64,000 nucleotides of DNA from Nibricoccus sp. (GCA_047602425.1 JASGHG010000001.1:1120001-1184000); one strand, 5' to 3'. Positions 8,123 through 18,519 are shown, numbered from the stretch's first letter. The notes: a model not told the origin generated them from the sequence alone. Program-made: numbers and translations.

Positions 8123-10440
8123 CGCGCAGCCCCTTCCCGCGACAGGCGCTCGAAATACTCTTCGATCGCCTTCCGATAAGCCGGATCGAAATCGGCGGGA
8201 TTGAAACGGCGAACGATTTCCTCGCGCTTCCCCTTCGCACGGGCTTCCTCAACGACGAGGACAAGACGATGAATTTTGTTTTTCAACAGCTCGAAGGCTG
8301 GGCCGTTTCCACCTTTCGGATCGGCCTTGATCGTCGTCGCGACGTCGTCAGCAAGAGTGCGTCCGGTTGCGTCAGGCAAAATCGCACCGGCCATCTGCGC
8401 CGCCATTTGCGCATCGCTTAAAGCACTTTCCTGCAAGGCCGCGCCGCCGGAGCCTGCCATCGCCTTCTCAGCACGCTCAAGCTGGTTGGCAGCCCGGCCG
8501 AGCGCCGCGGGCATTCCGCCGAGTTCGGCTTCGGTTCGCGCCATTTGGCCGGCAGGGGCGCTGCCCGGGGTTTCGGCCTTCTGCGCTTGCTCGCGCAGAT
8601 TTTTGCTCAACTCCGACAACTGCTGCGCGGCTTCGTTGGAACCTTGCTGCTGCTGGTGTTCGGCCGCCCCGCCCAGCTTGTCGGCCAGCTTCCTCAACTG
8701 CTCGGCGCGCGACGATTGTTCCTGTGAAGTTTCTCGGTTCAGTTCGCGACGCGATTGATTAAGTTCAGCCAACGCGTTTTGGCGGCCCTTTCGTTCTTGT
8801 TCCTGCACGGCGTGCGCAAGCGCTTCCGCAGCAGCGGCGGCCGGTCCGCGAGCGGCGACAACATCGTTCTGCGTCAGCTGACGGCTGGCCTCGGCGGCAT
8901 CTTTCCCGGCCGAAGCGACGTCAATCTGCACATCAGGATCCAGCGCTTTCTCGGCCAGCAACCGGTCAAGCTCCCGCGCCACATCGCTCTGGGCCGAAAC
9001 CTGGTCGGTCGCACTTTCACCGAGCGCGCGCGCGATCTCCGCCTGTTTTTTCGCCAACTCTTCAAGGCGTCCGGCCGCAGTCTGACCACGGCTGGACAGC
9101 GCATATTGCTGCTTGTCCTTGAACGGATCCTGCACCTCGTCCTTTTGCGCAGGCGCCATGCTTTTTCTGAGAATCTTTTCCGTCGCGGTCAGCAGCGCCA
9201 GCGCCTGACCTTGTGGTTTGGTCGCTGGTTCGTTTTTCATCTCGGCGATGTCCTTGGCCGCGCTTTTCATGAGCGGCGAAGCCTGCGCCAGGTTGTCGAC
9301 GACGATCACCGGCAGTCCCTCCTTGATCGCGGTTTCGCGCAATTCCGAAGTTTTCGTGGAAAGCGTCTCCTGGTCGGCCGCAACTTCGCTGTTGGTCTCG
9401 CGCCAAACCGGGTCGTCGCGCAACGATGTCGCGCTGGCCAGCTGGAAGTTTTGCTTCAGCAATTCGAGCTGAGCGATTTTCAGTTCACGGACCACGTTCA
9501 TCAGATTCCGCCCGTTGGAGTCGCCGCCTTCGTCCGACTGCGTCACGTCTTCGCGCGAGGGTCGGATCTGAATAAATTGCAGCGGCGAGTTGATCGCGGG
9601 CGCGTCCGGCGCGAGTTCGCCGCGCAAGTGGTAACTCACCACGTCGAACTCCTGCGCCCCTACTTCGTCGAGGTACAGCGAGAGCGAAATCGGATGCGAC
9701 CCCGCCTTGCCGGCGGTGTCGAGGACGGTCGTCTCGACCGGGCGCGAGAGCTTCGGCTCGCCATTCAATGCAATCTCGAGCGTGAGCTTTTTGTATCCGA
9801 CTTTTGATTCGGCCACCGCCTGCAGCGGCACTTCCTCGATTGAGGTGGCCTTGATTTCCGACTCGGGCGTGCGCCAGACGATCCGGCCGGAGTAGTCGGT
9901 GGCCGGAGATTTTTGTTTTTCGTCCACCAGCGCGGTGGCTTGGGCCATTTCCTGGAGATGCGGCGTCGCCGGGCGCTGCAAGAATCGATGAGTCACTTCC
10001 AAACCCACTTCAACCGCCAACAGGGCCGCCAACATCACCGCCGCCGCGAGCGCGCCGAACCAGTCGAGCGCCCGCGAATTTCGGTGCACCTGCGTGTGAG
10101 CAATCGTATCGGAGCGCTGGGCCTCGGCCAACGCGGTGGAGGCATCCTTCAACTCCACCGCCGCTTCCAGCCGTGACTGAAGTTCCAGCCGTTCGTCGAG
10201 TTGCCGCGCCAAAGCCACCGGCGTGAGCGTGCGGCCCAGGTAAAACCATCGTGCGACGAAGGCCGCCGAAAGTGGTCCGAGAAACGCGGCGGCCCACACG
10301 CCGTGCGACCACCAACCCAGACGCGTGGCCAACACGCATGCGCTCGCGCCGAACACAAACACCAGCGCCCACAACAGCGGCGTGCGCCTGACACGCTCGC
10401 GCGTGGCGGAAACGAATTGGACGGGGACGTTCGGATTCAT
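8119..10440 (-). CDS. Large membrane-anchored coiled-coil protein (DUF4175-like)
   Basis: N-terminal TM segments, LARQLDERLELQSRL, long Ala/Gln/Glu helical repeats, terminal PAYRKAIEEYFERL. Start ATG 10440 overlaps the upstream stop (ATGA). Confidence 0.7.
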   Translation of the reverse strand: MNPNVPVQFVSATRERVRRTPLLWALVFVFGASACVLATRLGWWSHGVWAAAFLGPLSAAFVARWFYLGRTLTPVALARQLDERLELQSRLEAAVELKDASTALAEAQRSDTIAHTQVHRNSRALDWFGALAAAVMLAALLAVEVGLEVTHRFLQRPATPHLQEMAQATALVDEKQKSPATDYSGRIVWRTPESEIKATSIEEVPLQAVAESKVGYKKLTLEIALNGEPKLSRPVETTVLDTAGKAGSHPISLSLYLDEVGAQEFDVVSYHLRGELAPDAPAINSPLQFIQIRPSREDVTQSDEGGDSNGRNLMNVVRELKIAQLELLKQNFQLASATSLRDDPVWRETNSEVAADQETLSTKTSELRETAIKEGLPVIVVDNLAQASPLMKSAAKDIAEMKNEPATKPQGQALALLTATEKILRKSMAPAQKDEVQDPFKDKQQYALSSRGQTAAGRLEELAKKQAEIARALGESATDQVSAQSDVARELDRLLAEKALDPDVQIDVASAGKDAAEASRQLTQNDVVAARGPAAAAAEALAHAVQEQERKGRQNALAELNQSRRELNRETSQEQSSRAEQLRKLADKLGGAAEHQQQQGSNEAAQQLSELSKNLREQAQKAETPGSAPAGQMARTEAELGGMPAALGRAANQLERAEKAMAGSGGAALQESALSDAQMAAQMAGAILPDATGRTLADDVATTIKADPKGGNGPAFELLKNKIHRLVLVVEEARAKGKREEIVRRFNPADFDPAYRKAIEEYFERLSREGAAR

Positions 10441-12395
10441 CGCGCTGTTCGGTTGGAAATTCCCAGTTCGATCACGAGGCCAAAAACGACAACAACCAAC
10501 GCCCACCACCACAATTTCTGCTGATGCTCCGTTTCCTCCGCGGCGAGCAGCGTGTTTTGCGCCTTGATCTTTTTCGGCACCGCCTCGGTGGAGACGAGTT
10601 GCATCCAAGGAGTGCCTTGCACCGCGGTCGGGTCGCTTTCCTCGGGAGAGAGGCCGACCACAAAAAGCCGCTTCGCTCCACGTGGACCGCTCCACTCGAA
10701 AACGCCGGGGGCCGACGGCGTGACGTAGCCGTGCACCTCGCGCGGTTTCCCGCCCATCTCGACTCCGGCGACCGCCGTCCAATGACCTTCGCCTTCGGGC
10801 AGCGAGAGCGGCGAACCCACCCGGGCCACTGCGTCGGGCGCGCGCACGCGGGCATCGAGAAGATACTGGGCCGAGCGGTGAATGAAGGGAAGAAACGCGC
10901 CCTCGACCGGCCAGTTGCCATCGCGGCGGTCAGGCCCAAAGCCGGCCACGAGCACCCGACCGTTCCCCACCGTCAACTCACCGAGCGCCGGCGAACCATC
11001 GTCCCAAAATGCCAGCGGCTCGATCGCGTCCGCCGGCAAGGTCCAGCCGCGCGCAAAACGCCAGCCGATCAGTGTGCGAAGACTGTATTCGGCAAGCGGC
11101 GCCACCAAGGGATGCTCCACCGACCAGTCGCGCAGCCGCACTTTTGCCGGTTGTGCGATGATCGGCAAACGATGCTTCGCCAGCCATCGCGTCTGGGCCT
11201 CGCCGCCCGTGGCAAAAACCACCGCTGCCCCACCGGCCTGCAGGTAATTTTCCAGTCGCGACGCCGCGGCACCGGAGAACGAAGCCTCGTTGCGCAAAAA
11301 CAAAACCGCACCCGTCGGCCACTCGATCGCGCTCGCGGGCAATACCTTCCAGCCCGGCGGAATCTTGCCCAATTCCTCGCAGGCCGTCGCCAGATAATCG
11401 GTGACCGCGTCGGCTGGCATCGCGTCGAGCAGGACGACCTGCGCTTGTTCCAACGCCGGAACCAACGCATATGCCACATTGTCCGCAACGAGGTCGTCGG
11501 CGGCCAGTTCGCACCGAATCCATTTTTCGTCCGCCGGAAAACTTCCGGAAAGGACAACAGTTTGAAACGCACCGCCCTCCAGCCGGATTGTTTTGCTGGA
11601 GATGGCCAGGAGTTGGTTGCCGGCGTAGAGACTCAGCGTTCGCTCGCCGGAACCGGTGTAGGTTTTAACAGGAATGCTGACAGTGACTTTGTCGCCCTCG
11701 CGCTGCACGGACGGCGTCCACAGCGCGGCTTGCAGCCGCACGGGATCGACCGGGGGCGAAAGCATCAAGCCTACGCCCGGCGGCAGTTTCGCCGTGAAGT
11801 CGGCGTTCAGCCAGCCGCTCGCCTGCTGATCGCTCACCACGACGATCCGACGCTCATCAGCCGAACCAGCCGCCAGAATTTCTCCCGCGAAGCGCAACGC
11901 CGGCATCGCCTGCGTGCCGAGCCATCCCGGTTGGAAGCGCTCGACTGCGAGGGCCACCGCTTTCACGTCGCGAGTCGGCGGCACCAGCCACGTTGGCTTT
12001 GGGTTCATCAACAGCAGGCCGATGGTCTCCTCCGGCGTCGCTTTCGCCAACAGGCCCAGCGTCCAGTTTCGCAGCCACGGCCAGCGTTCCGCCGCCCGCA
12101 TGCTGAAAGAATTATCGAGCACGATGATCGTGGCGCGCGTGTTCCCCGAGGCAGTGCGCGGAAAAAATGGACGCGCGAACGCCGCGACGAGCAGGCCGAA
12201 AACCGCGCAGCGCAACAACAACACGATCCAGCGCCGAATGCGTTGCTTTCGCTGGTCCACCACCGAGATCTGCCCGAAAAATTTCAGCGAAGGAAACTCC
12301 GTCTGTTTCCGGCGGCGCTTCCGAAACAGATGCAACAGGACCGGCAGCAATGCCGCCAGCGCAGCGCCTGCGAAACTCGGGAAAAGCCAGTTCAT
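10437..12395 (-). CDS. BatA-domain + vWA membrane protein
   Basis: BatA-like N-terminus (LPVLLHLFRKRRRKQTEFPSLKF...LLLRC...FARP), MIDAS VLDNSFSM, C-terminal TM helix. Confidence 0.85.
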   Translation of the reverse strand: MNWLFPSFAGAALAALLPVLLHLFRKRRRKQTEFPSLKFFGQISVVDQRKQRIRRWIVLLLRCAVFGLLVAAFARPFFPRTASGNTRATIIVLDNSFSMRAAERWPWLRNWTLGLLAKATPEETIGLLLMNPKPTWLVPPTRDVKAVALAVERFQPGWLGTQAMPALRFAGEILAAGSADERRIVVVSDQQASGWLNADFTAKLPPGVGLMLSPPVDPVRLQAALWTPSVQREGDKVTVSIPVKTYTGSGERTLSLYAGNQLLAISSKTIRLEGGAFQTVVLSGSFPADEKWIRCELAADDLVADNVAYALVPALEQAQVVLLDAMPADAVTDYLATACEELGKIPPGWKVLPASAIEWPTGAVLFLRNEASFSGAAASRLENYLQAGGAAVVFATGGEAQTRWLAKHRLPIIAQPAKVRLRDWSVEHPLVAPLAEYSLRTLIGWRFARGWTLPADAIEPLAFWDDGSPALGELTVGNGRVLVAGFGPDRRDGNWPVEGAFLPFIHRSAQYLLDARVRAPDAVARVGSPLSLPEGEGHWTAVAGVEMGGKPREVHGYVTPSAPGVFEWSGPRGAKRLFVVGLSPEESDPTAVQGTPWMQLVSTEAVPKKIKAQNTLLAAEETEHQQKLWWWALVVVVFGLVIELGISNRTAR

Positions 12396-12397
12396 CG

Positions 12398-13372
12398 TCA
12401 GGTTCGCCGGTGCGTGTCGCGCCGCGACAGAAACGCCCGCAACGCCTCCATTGGCAGCTCGTCCGTGCGCAACGTGAGCGCGTCGAAGCCATTTGCCGTG
12501 CAGAGTTCGCAAATGGCCGACTGATGTGCAGAAAAACGCTTCCGGTAGATTTCGGCCAGCGCAGCCGGATCGGCGGCGAGAGAGGAACCGGTTTCAACAT
12601 CCAAAAACTCCGTCGGCTCGTTGAACTGAAAATCCGCCTCCGCCGGATCGCTCACGTAAAATGTCAGCAAGTCGTGTCGTTCGTAACGCAGACGTCGGAT
12701 CACCGGCCCGAGCACCTCGGGCTCCTCGTAGAAATCGCTTGCGAGCACGAACAGGCTGCGCGCCGGCGTGACCTCCAATGCCTGATCAAGCGCCCGGGCA
12801 AGCGACGTTGTGTGCGAGGGCTTCGGCCTGTCGAGCAACTCCCAGAGCGCCTGGATCCGCGCTGGTGACGACGATGGCGGCATCCATTCTTCGAGTTCAC
12901 GTCCAAGCAAACCGACGCCGCAGGAATCGTGTTGCCGACGCACGAGCAGAGCCACCGCGCCAAGCAGCGCGCGTGCGAAATCGAGTTTGGTCAACTTCCC
13001 AGGGCGGCTTGTGTACGCCATCGAGTTAGAGACATCGAGCAGGAGCACGGTGCGCAGCGGCGTCTCCTCGTAAGTTTCCCGCACATGCAACCGGTCGGTT
13101 CGGCCGTAGAGCCGCCAGTCGACGCGGCGCAGATCGTCGCCCATCTGATAATCGCGGTAGTCGGCGAACTCGATGCTGGAGCCTTTCCGCCGGCTCGCGT
13201 GTCCGCCCACGCCGTGCGAATCGGCCAGCAGTCGCGCGCGGAGCGGCAGCGAGCCGAGTGCGGACAACGCGTCCTTGTCCAGCGGCGCAAGTTCCGGGCG
13301 GGAATACAAAGGCGGTGGCGTTTGGCGCGTTTTCGCACCGGGCGTATGATACAGGTCGTCGGTCTCGGCCAT
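12398..13372 (-). CDS. DUF58 family (vWA-like) protein
   Basis: G.HASRRKGSSIEFADYRDYQMGDDLRRVDWRLYGRTDR; LLDVSNSM. Confidence 0.93.
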   Translation of the reverse strand: MAETDDLYHTPGAKTRQTPPPLYSRPELAPLDKDALSALGSLPLRARLLADSHGVGGHASRRKGSSIEFADYRDYQMGDDLRRVDWRLYGRTDRLHVRETYEETPLRTVLLLDVSNSMAYTSRPGKLTKLDFARALLGAVALLVRRQHDSCGVGLLGRELEEWMPPSSSPARIQALWELLDRPKPSHTTSLARALDQALEVTPARSLFVLASDFYEEPEVLGPVIRRLRYERHDLLTFYVSDPAEADFQFNEPTEFLDVETGSSLAADPAALAEIYRKRFSAHQSAICELCTANGFDALTLRTDELPMEALRAFLSRRDTHRRT

Positions 13373-13418
13373 GGAGACGGTGGAAGCTGGTTCGGTTGTA
13401 TTGCTTCGACGCGGAGAC

Positions 13419-14438
13419 TCAGTGGTTCCGCTTGAACGCCTTCAATGCGTCGTCGACGATCGCGTCGGCCGTCAGGCCGTCGGCCTCCGCGCGGTAGTTG
13501 AGGATCAAGCGGTGACGCAGCACGATTTTCGCCGCATCGATGATGTCGCTGTTCGCGCAATTGAGCCGGCCGTCGAGCGCGGCGGCGGCCTTGGCGGCAA
13601 GCGCGAGCGATTGCGAGGCGCGCGGACCGGCGCCCCACTTCACGCAGCGTTTGACCATCGGAGTGGCGAGCGGCGAGTCCGGGCGCGTTACTTGAACGAG
13701 TTTCACCGCAAATTCGGCGACACTGTCCGGCACGTGAATCTGGCGCACGGCGCGCTGCATGTGGATCAGTTGCGTGGCCGTGCAGACTTTTTCCAGCGCC
13801 GGCTGAACATCGCCGGTGGTCGCCTGCACGATCTTCTTTTCTTCGTCCATTGTTGGATAACCAACGTGCAGGCAGAAAAGAAAACGGTCGAGCTGGGCCT
13901 CGGGCAGCGAGTACGTGCCTTCCTGTTCGATGGGATTTTGCGTCGCGAGCACAAAGAACGGCGCGGGCAACTTGCGTGTCTGGCCCGCGACGGTCACGCG
14001 GTGTTCCTGCATCGCCTCGAGCAACGCCGACTGCGTTTTGGCGGGCGCGCGGTTCACTTCGTCTGCAAGCAAAAGCTGCGTGAAAACCGGGCCGGGCATG
14101 AAGCGGTAGGCGCGCACTCCACCGGCGGTTTCCTCGATGATCTCCGAACCGGTGACATCGCTCGGCATGAGATCGGGCGTAAATTGAATGCGGTGAAAAT
14201 CCAAGTCGATCGCCTCCGCGAGCGTTTTCACGATCAGCGTTTTTGCGAGACCGGGCACGCCAACCATCAGGCAGTGTCCCTGCGCGAGCAGGCCGAGGAA
14301 CAATTCGCGCAGCACTTTGTTTTGCCCGACGACGCGCTTGGCGAGCTCGGCTTGGAGTTGCGCGAACATCGCAGGCACGTCTTGCAAGAGTTGAACGTCG
14401 GCATCGTCAGCCGCGGGCGTGGGAGAAGCTTCGATCAT
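13419..14438 (-). CDS. moxR: MoxR-family AAA+ ATPase
   Basis: Walker A GVPGLAKT, RIQFTPDLMPSD, Walker B LADEVNRAPAKTQSALLEAMQE, ATQNPIEQEGTYSLPEAQLDRF. Confidence 0.95.
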   Translation of the reverse strand: MIEASPTPAADDADVQLLQDVPAMFAQLQAELAKRVVGQNKVLRELFLGLLAQGHCLMVGVPGLAKTLIVKTLAEAIDLDFHRIQFTPDLMPSDVTGSEIIEETAGGVRAYRFMPGPVFTQLLLADEVNRAPAKTQSALLEAMQEHRVTVAGQTRKLPAPFFVLATQNPIEQEGTYSLPEAQLDRFLFCLHVGYPTMDEEKKIVQATTGDVQPALEKVCTATQLIHMQRAVRQIHVPDSVAEFAVKLVQVTRPDSPLATPMVKRCVKWGAGPRASQSLALAAKAAAALDGRLNCANSDIIDAAKIVLRHRLILNYRAEADGLTADAIVDDALKAFKRNH

Positions 14439-17119
14439 GGGGAGTGTGTGGAGAGTTTTTTGGGCAAATTGAAATCCTGCCACGCCTGACGGAGTTCGGC
14501 ATAGGCCTCGGGTGCGATCAGTCCGCCGGGCGTTGAAATTTCGCAGCGCCGTCCGCCCAAGCCTTCGGCCCGGCGGAAAATGAAGCCTGCCACGTCGCGC
14601 CGGTGGTCGGACAAATATTTTTCGGTCTCGCCGCCCCAGGAAATCTGCTGCACGTAACGCGTCGCCCGGCCTTCAGAAATCTGGAACGGACCGGAACGGG
14701 TTGCCATCTGGAAAATTCGCCCAAGCTCGGGCGGACGCAAAGGGAGGCTTTCGTGCGCGGCAACGCGGACCTTGGCTTCGACATGATATTCGTGCGCCAA
14801 GTCATACGCATCACCCACCGACACGCTCTCGATAGTGAGCGCGGGCACGCCGAACCACTCCTGCAAACGCGCGACGCGCTGCGTGGGGGTAAGCTCGGAA
14901 AATGAACGTCGAAGCATGGTGTCAGCGGCACCGGAAGCGCTCAAAGTGAGACTCCCGACCAGACTAATACCCGACAAACCAGGGGAAAGTTTCCATATTT
15001 CTTTCCATTCTGAAGCCGGCTCCTGCGCCGCGAGAATTTTCATGAAATTAGCCGCGCCATTTTTCGGAAACACGAGTGCCTCCCGGCCCAGATCGCCCGG
15101 GGCAATCACGCCGAACGGCACCAGCCGATCCGTCGAATCCAGCCAAAGATCGGCAGGCTGTCCGGCGGTTGGCGCAGCCGGCACGTGCGCGATCGCGTGG
15201 TTAAACTGCCAGCCGGGAAACTCGGTGAACGTCACGTCGCCACGATTAACCAAAACAAAACCTGCCTCGATGCCGAGCAACCGCAACACTGCCACGAGGA
15301 GATTGGCCTTGTCCTTGCAGTCACCGTAACGCTGCTGCCAAACTTGCTCCGGCGTGCGCGGACGGAGCCCGCCAACCCCCATCTCGGTCGCTACGTAGCG
15401 CAGCGTCGTCACGCGCTCGAACGCGGCGCGAATCCGTCCAGCGCGGTCAGCGTGGTCGCGGCCGATTTGCGCCGCCAATTCTTTAACCGACGGGCCGACT
15501 TCGTCCGCTCCGCTCGCTAGCCGCCGATACCATTCCGCAAAACTCTCCCACGAAGGCAACGACGACACGCCCAGCCACGGTGCGGTCGCGCGCCTCGGCA
15601 AATCACCCGCGACAAAACTCCGCGCCGGCAAGTCGCGCAATTCCCATACCACCGTGCGCTGCCCGCTGTCGGACTCGTTCTTCGTCTCTTTCGGAAATGC
15701 GTGCGCAAAAAAGCGCCACTTTTCTTCGGTCGGTATTGTGAGTTGCACGCTGCATGCGACAACCGGATACGTCCCGGCAAAATCCCACTCTTTATAGTAC
15801 TCTGGAATGGATGCGCTGGAACGACGCTCGACCACCCACTCGACATCGACCAGGCATCCCGCCACCACTTCTGGCAGTTCGACGATTGGAGGGCCGGCAG
15901 GTGATTTTTCGCCGGGAGACTTCTGCTCCTCGCGGGCTTGGCTGGCCCGGGCGGACGCAGCGCGCGGGTTCACCAAAATTTGTTCGCCGGTCGGCAGAAT
16001 CACCCGGGCCGCCACCAAGTTGGTCGACAGATACGGCGGATTCGAGAGCATCACCAAAGTCGCCACGTCGTCGATCGCCTCCGCAGTCCGCACGAGGACG
16101 CGTTTCCTCCATTTTTCCAAGGTCGAGAAATTCCGCCCAACTGTAACTTCCAGTTTTTCCGCGATTACAATGGCGGTGTGTTCCGAACCTTTGGCCAGAG
16201 CCAGCGCCTCGGCTAGAAGCTGCTGCGTCTCGGGCGTCGCGACCTTCCGCTCGATTTCGAGATCTCCGGTGAACTTCGGAATCTCGATGTCGGATACATT
16301 GCGTTCCGTTTGCACCGTCGAGTCGGTTGCCGCCCGCGTGCTTTCGACGGTGGCAAAAACTCCTGGCTCAAACGGCGCCTCCACCAGACGGCGCTGTTCC
16401 GGATCGATCGCGCAGGCGTGCTCGCCGAGCGCGAGTTTGTTCTCCGCGTAGTACGCCGCCACGCGCTTCGACGCTTCCACCGCGAGGGCAAGAAACGGCG
16501 TCTGCGGTTTCTCAACCAATAGATCGGCCCAAAACTGGGTGAAACGCGGTTCGTTGATTTCCCGTCCACCGGACGTCGCCGCGACGGCGTCCACCTCGCG
16601 CAATGACAACAAACTCGGCAGCATCGCACCCCCACCCGCCGCGCCGACAAAAACAAACTTCTTCCCGGGAAGTGCCTCCAACGCTGTGGCCAAATCCGCC
16701 GAAGTCAGGCGCGGTCCGGAAATTTGAAACGCCGCTGCTCCGTCGCGGCTCGGCGCCACCGTACCCAGCAGCACGAGCCAAGTTTCCTCGGCTACCGCCG
16801 CTCCGGCGCCAGTTTTCAACGCCTCAAGGATCGCCTCACGACGCACGGGCGTTTTCGCCTCCTGACCTAGCATGCGAATATTTTCGGGCGTCAGTCCTCG
16901 CGCTATCAATCCGGTGCGCACCGTCTCCGCCTGGCTTCGTAACCGTACCGCTTGTGTCTCGCCCGCAGTTAGACCCACGACGATGACGGCACGAGGCGCG
17001 CCAAGCGCATGAGCCACTGCCAGCAGGCAGAAAGCGAACCCAACAACCCACACCTTCGACGCAAAAGGAGCCACGTTGAGCGGAAGCAAAATGCCCAAAG
17101 CTCTGGCCAAGCAAGGCAT
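14435..17119 (-). CDS. Exported DUF3857 + transglutaminase-like protein with an extra N-terminal alpha/beta domain
   Basis: Transglutaminase triad context GDCKDKA / FNHAI / WLDST; DUF3857-like middle region. Start position uncertain. Confidence 0.82.
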   Translation of the reverse strand: MPCLARALGILLPLNVAPFASKVWVVGFAFCLLAVAHALGAPRAVIVVGLTAGETQAVRLRSQAETVRTGLIARGLTPENIRMLGQEAKTPVRREAILEALKTGAGAAVAEETWLVLLGTVAPSRDGAAAFQISGPRLTSADLATALEALPGKKFVFVGAAGGGAMLPSLLSLREVDAVAATSGGREINEPRFTQFWADLLVEKPQTPFLALAVEASKRVAAYYAENKLALGEHACAIDPEQRRLVEAPFEPGVFATVESTRAATDSTVQTERNVSDIEIPKFTGDLEIERKVATPETQQLLAEALALAKGSEHTAIVIAEKLEVTVGRNFSTLEKWRKRVLVRTAEAIDDVATLVMLSNPPYLSTNLVAARVILPTGEQILVNPRAASARASQAREEQKSPGEKSPAGPPIVELPEVVAGCLVDVEWVVERRSSASIPEYYKEWDFAGTYPVVACSVQLTIPTEEKWRFFAHAFPKETKNESDSGQRTVVWELRDLPARSFVAGDLPRRATAPWLGVSSLPSWESFAEWYRRLASGADEVGPSVKELAAQIGRDHADRAGRIRAAFERVTTLRYVATEMGVGGLRPRTPEQVWQQRYGDCKDKANLLVAVLRLLGIEAGFVLVNRGDVTFTEFPGWQFNHAIAHVPAAPTAGQPADLWLDSTDRLVPFGVIAPGDLGREALVFPKNGAANFMKILAAQEPASEWKEIWKLSPGLSGISLVGSLTLSASGAADTMLRRSFSELTPTQRVARLQEWFGVPALTIESVSVGDAYDLAHEYHVEAKVRVAAHESLPLRPPELGRIFQMATRSGPFQISEGRATRYVQQISWGGETEKYLSDHRRDVAGFIFRRAEGLGGRRCEISTPGGLIAPEAYAELRQAWQDFNLPKKLSTHSP

Positions 17120-17186
17120 TTCCCGATTTCGATGCGGCTGGATTGGACATTTTAGCCGGGTCCGGCATTTTCCTCCAATACAATCC

Positions 17187-17906
17187 ATGCAATCGAAAAC
17201 CTGCCTCTTCACCGCGCTCGTCTTCTTCTTTCTTGGGAAGAGCCTGTTGTTCGGCAAAGAGTCCCCGGCCGATTCCGAGGTGCACCGCGGAGGCCTGGTC
17301 GGCTGGGCGCGGCTGGCGACGCCGGACAAAGCGTGGGCGTTGCATAGCGATCAGGATCCGAAACTGGCCGCGTTCATCCGGTCGCAGACATCGCTGAACA
17401 TCGATCCGGTGTGGTACACCGCAAGTCCGGGCGAACTCGGAGAGCTCTGCACCTACCCGTTCATCTACGTCAAAGATCTCACGCGGCTTGGCGCCCCGGA
17501 GCACCTGACAAACATTCAGGAATATCTGCGGCGGGGCGGTTTCCTCTGCATCGATCCGTGCGTGAATGGATTCAGCCCGGCGCAGAAATTGGACCTGATC
17601 CGGCGGCATACGGATCTATTCAAGAAGCTCTTTCCCGACAGCGTGGTGCGTGAACTAGCCGACGACCACGAGATCTACCGCTGCTACTTTTCGGTCACGG
17701 TGCACGAGCTCTACACGCCGGACATGATCAAACGAGGCGCAAAAAAACCAGCCAACATCGGCATGCGTGGCGTATTTCGCGGCGACCGCATGATCGCAAT
17801 CATCAGCATCACCGGCCTGGAGTGCGGCTGGCCCGAAACCCCGCAACGCGCTCCCGCCTGCATGAAGATGATCGTGAACAGCTACATTTACGCAATGACG
17901 CGGTGA
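17187..17906 (+). CDS. DUF4159-like exported protein (paralogue 2)
   Basis: Clearly similar to 5085-5831 (RGG.VGWARL.TPD..W..HS..D..L..FIR..TSLN.DP.WY; YPFI; RGGF; N.Y.YAMT). Confidence 0.82.
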   Translation: MQSKTCLFTALVFFFLGKSLLFGKESPADSEVHRGGLVGWARLATPDKAWALHSDQDPKLAAFIRSQTSLNIDPVWYTASPGELGELCTYPFIYVKDLTRLGAPEHLTNIQEYLRRGGFLCIDPCVNGFSPAQKLDLIRRHTDLFKKLFPDSVVRELADDHEIYRCYFSVTVHELYTPDMIKRGAKKPANIGMRGVFRGDRMIAIISITGLECGWPETPQRAPACMKMIVNSYIYAMTR

Positions 17907-17954
17907 CCCGGCCCACCACCGACGCGGCCGCAAAACAGGCCGCACGGGGGCCAC

Positions 17955-17980
17955 AAAAAAGGCGACCGTTGAGGCCGCCT
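17955..17980 (-). terminator. Intrinsic terminator downstream of ssb
   Basis: Minus strand AGGCGGCC-TCAAC-GGTCGCCT followed by a T-run. Confidence 0.7.
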
Positions 17981-18015
17981 GAAATTTTCAGCGAACTGCC
18001 GCGAGGCAGATTCCG

Positions 18016-18495
18016 TCAGAACGGTACGTCTTCGTCGATGCCAGGAGCAGGCGCGGCCGGCTTGGCGTTGCCACGAGCGGGTGGAGAATGACGTTCGACC
18101 GTTTGGTCAACGCCTTCTTCACCGCCAGCCGAACCACCACCACCGCCAGCGCCACGAGCGCCGCCGGAGGAGAGGAACTGCACGTTATCGAGGACGACCT
18201 TCAGCTTGCTGCGCTTCTGTTGGGTCTGTTTGTCCTCCCATTGATCGAGCTTGAGGCGTCCTTCCACCATGGCCGGGCTGCCCTTGGTGAGATATTTCGC
18301 GACGAGTTCGCCCTGTTTGCCCCAAGCCTCGATGTCGATAAAGGTCGTCTCATCGCGGGTCGCGCCGGATTCGTCCTTGAACTGGCGGTTAACCGCGAGG
18401 CCGAACTGGCAGATGGCCGTGCCTTTGGGCGTGACCCGTAGTTCGGGATCGCGCGTCAGGTTGCCGATGAGGAAAACTTTATTGAGATAGGCCAT
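18016..18495 (-). CDS. ssb: Single-stranded DNA-binding protein
   Basis: LNKVFLIGNLTRDPELR, VEGRL, Gly-rich linker, acidic tail DEDVPF. Confidence 0.98.
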   Translation of the reverse strand: MAYLNKVFLIGNLTRDPELRVTPKGTAICQFGLAVNRQFKDESGATRDETTFIDIEAWGKQGELVAKYLTKGSPAMVEGRLKLDQWEDKQTQQKRSKLKVVLDNVQFLSSGGARGAGGGGGSAGGEEGVDQTVERHSPPARGNAKPAAPAPGIDEDVPF

Positions 18496-18519
18496 GGGGC
18501 TGAGGCTTTCGGCGGGACC

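Noticed and set aside
10524..12524. 666-aa plus-strand ORF
   Set aside because: Lies antisense to the BatA/vWA gene, is Arg-rich and has no recognisable motif; a typical high-GC shadow ORF.
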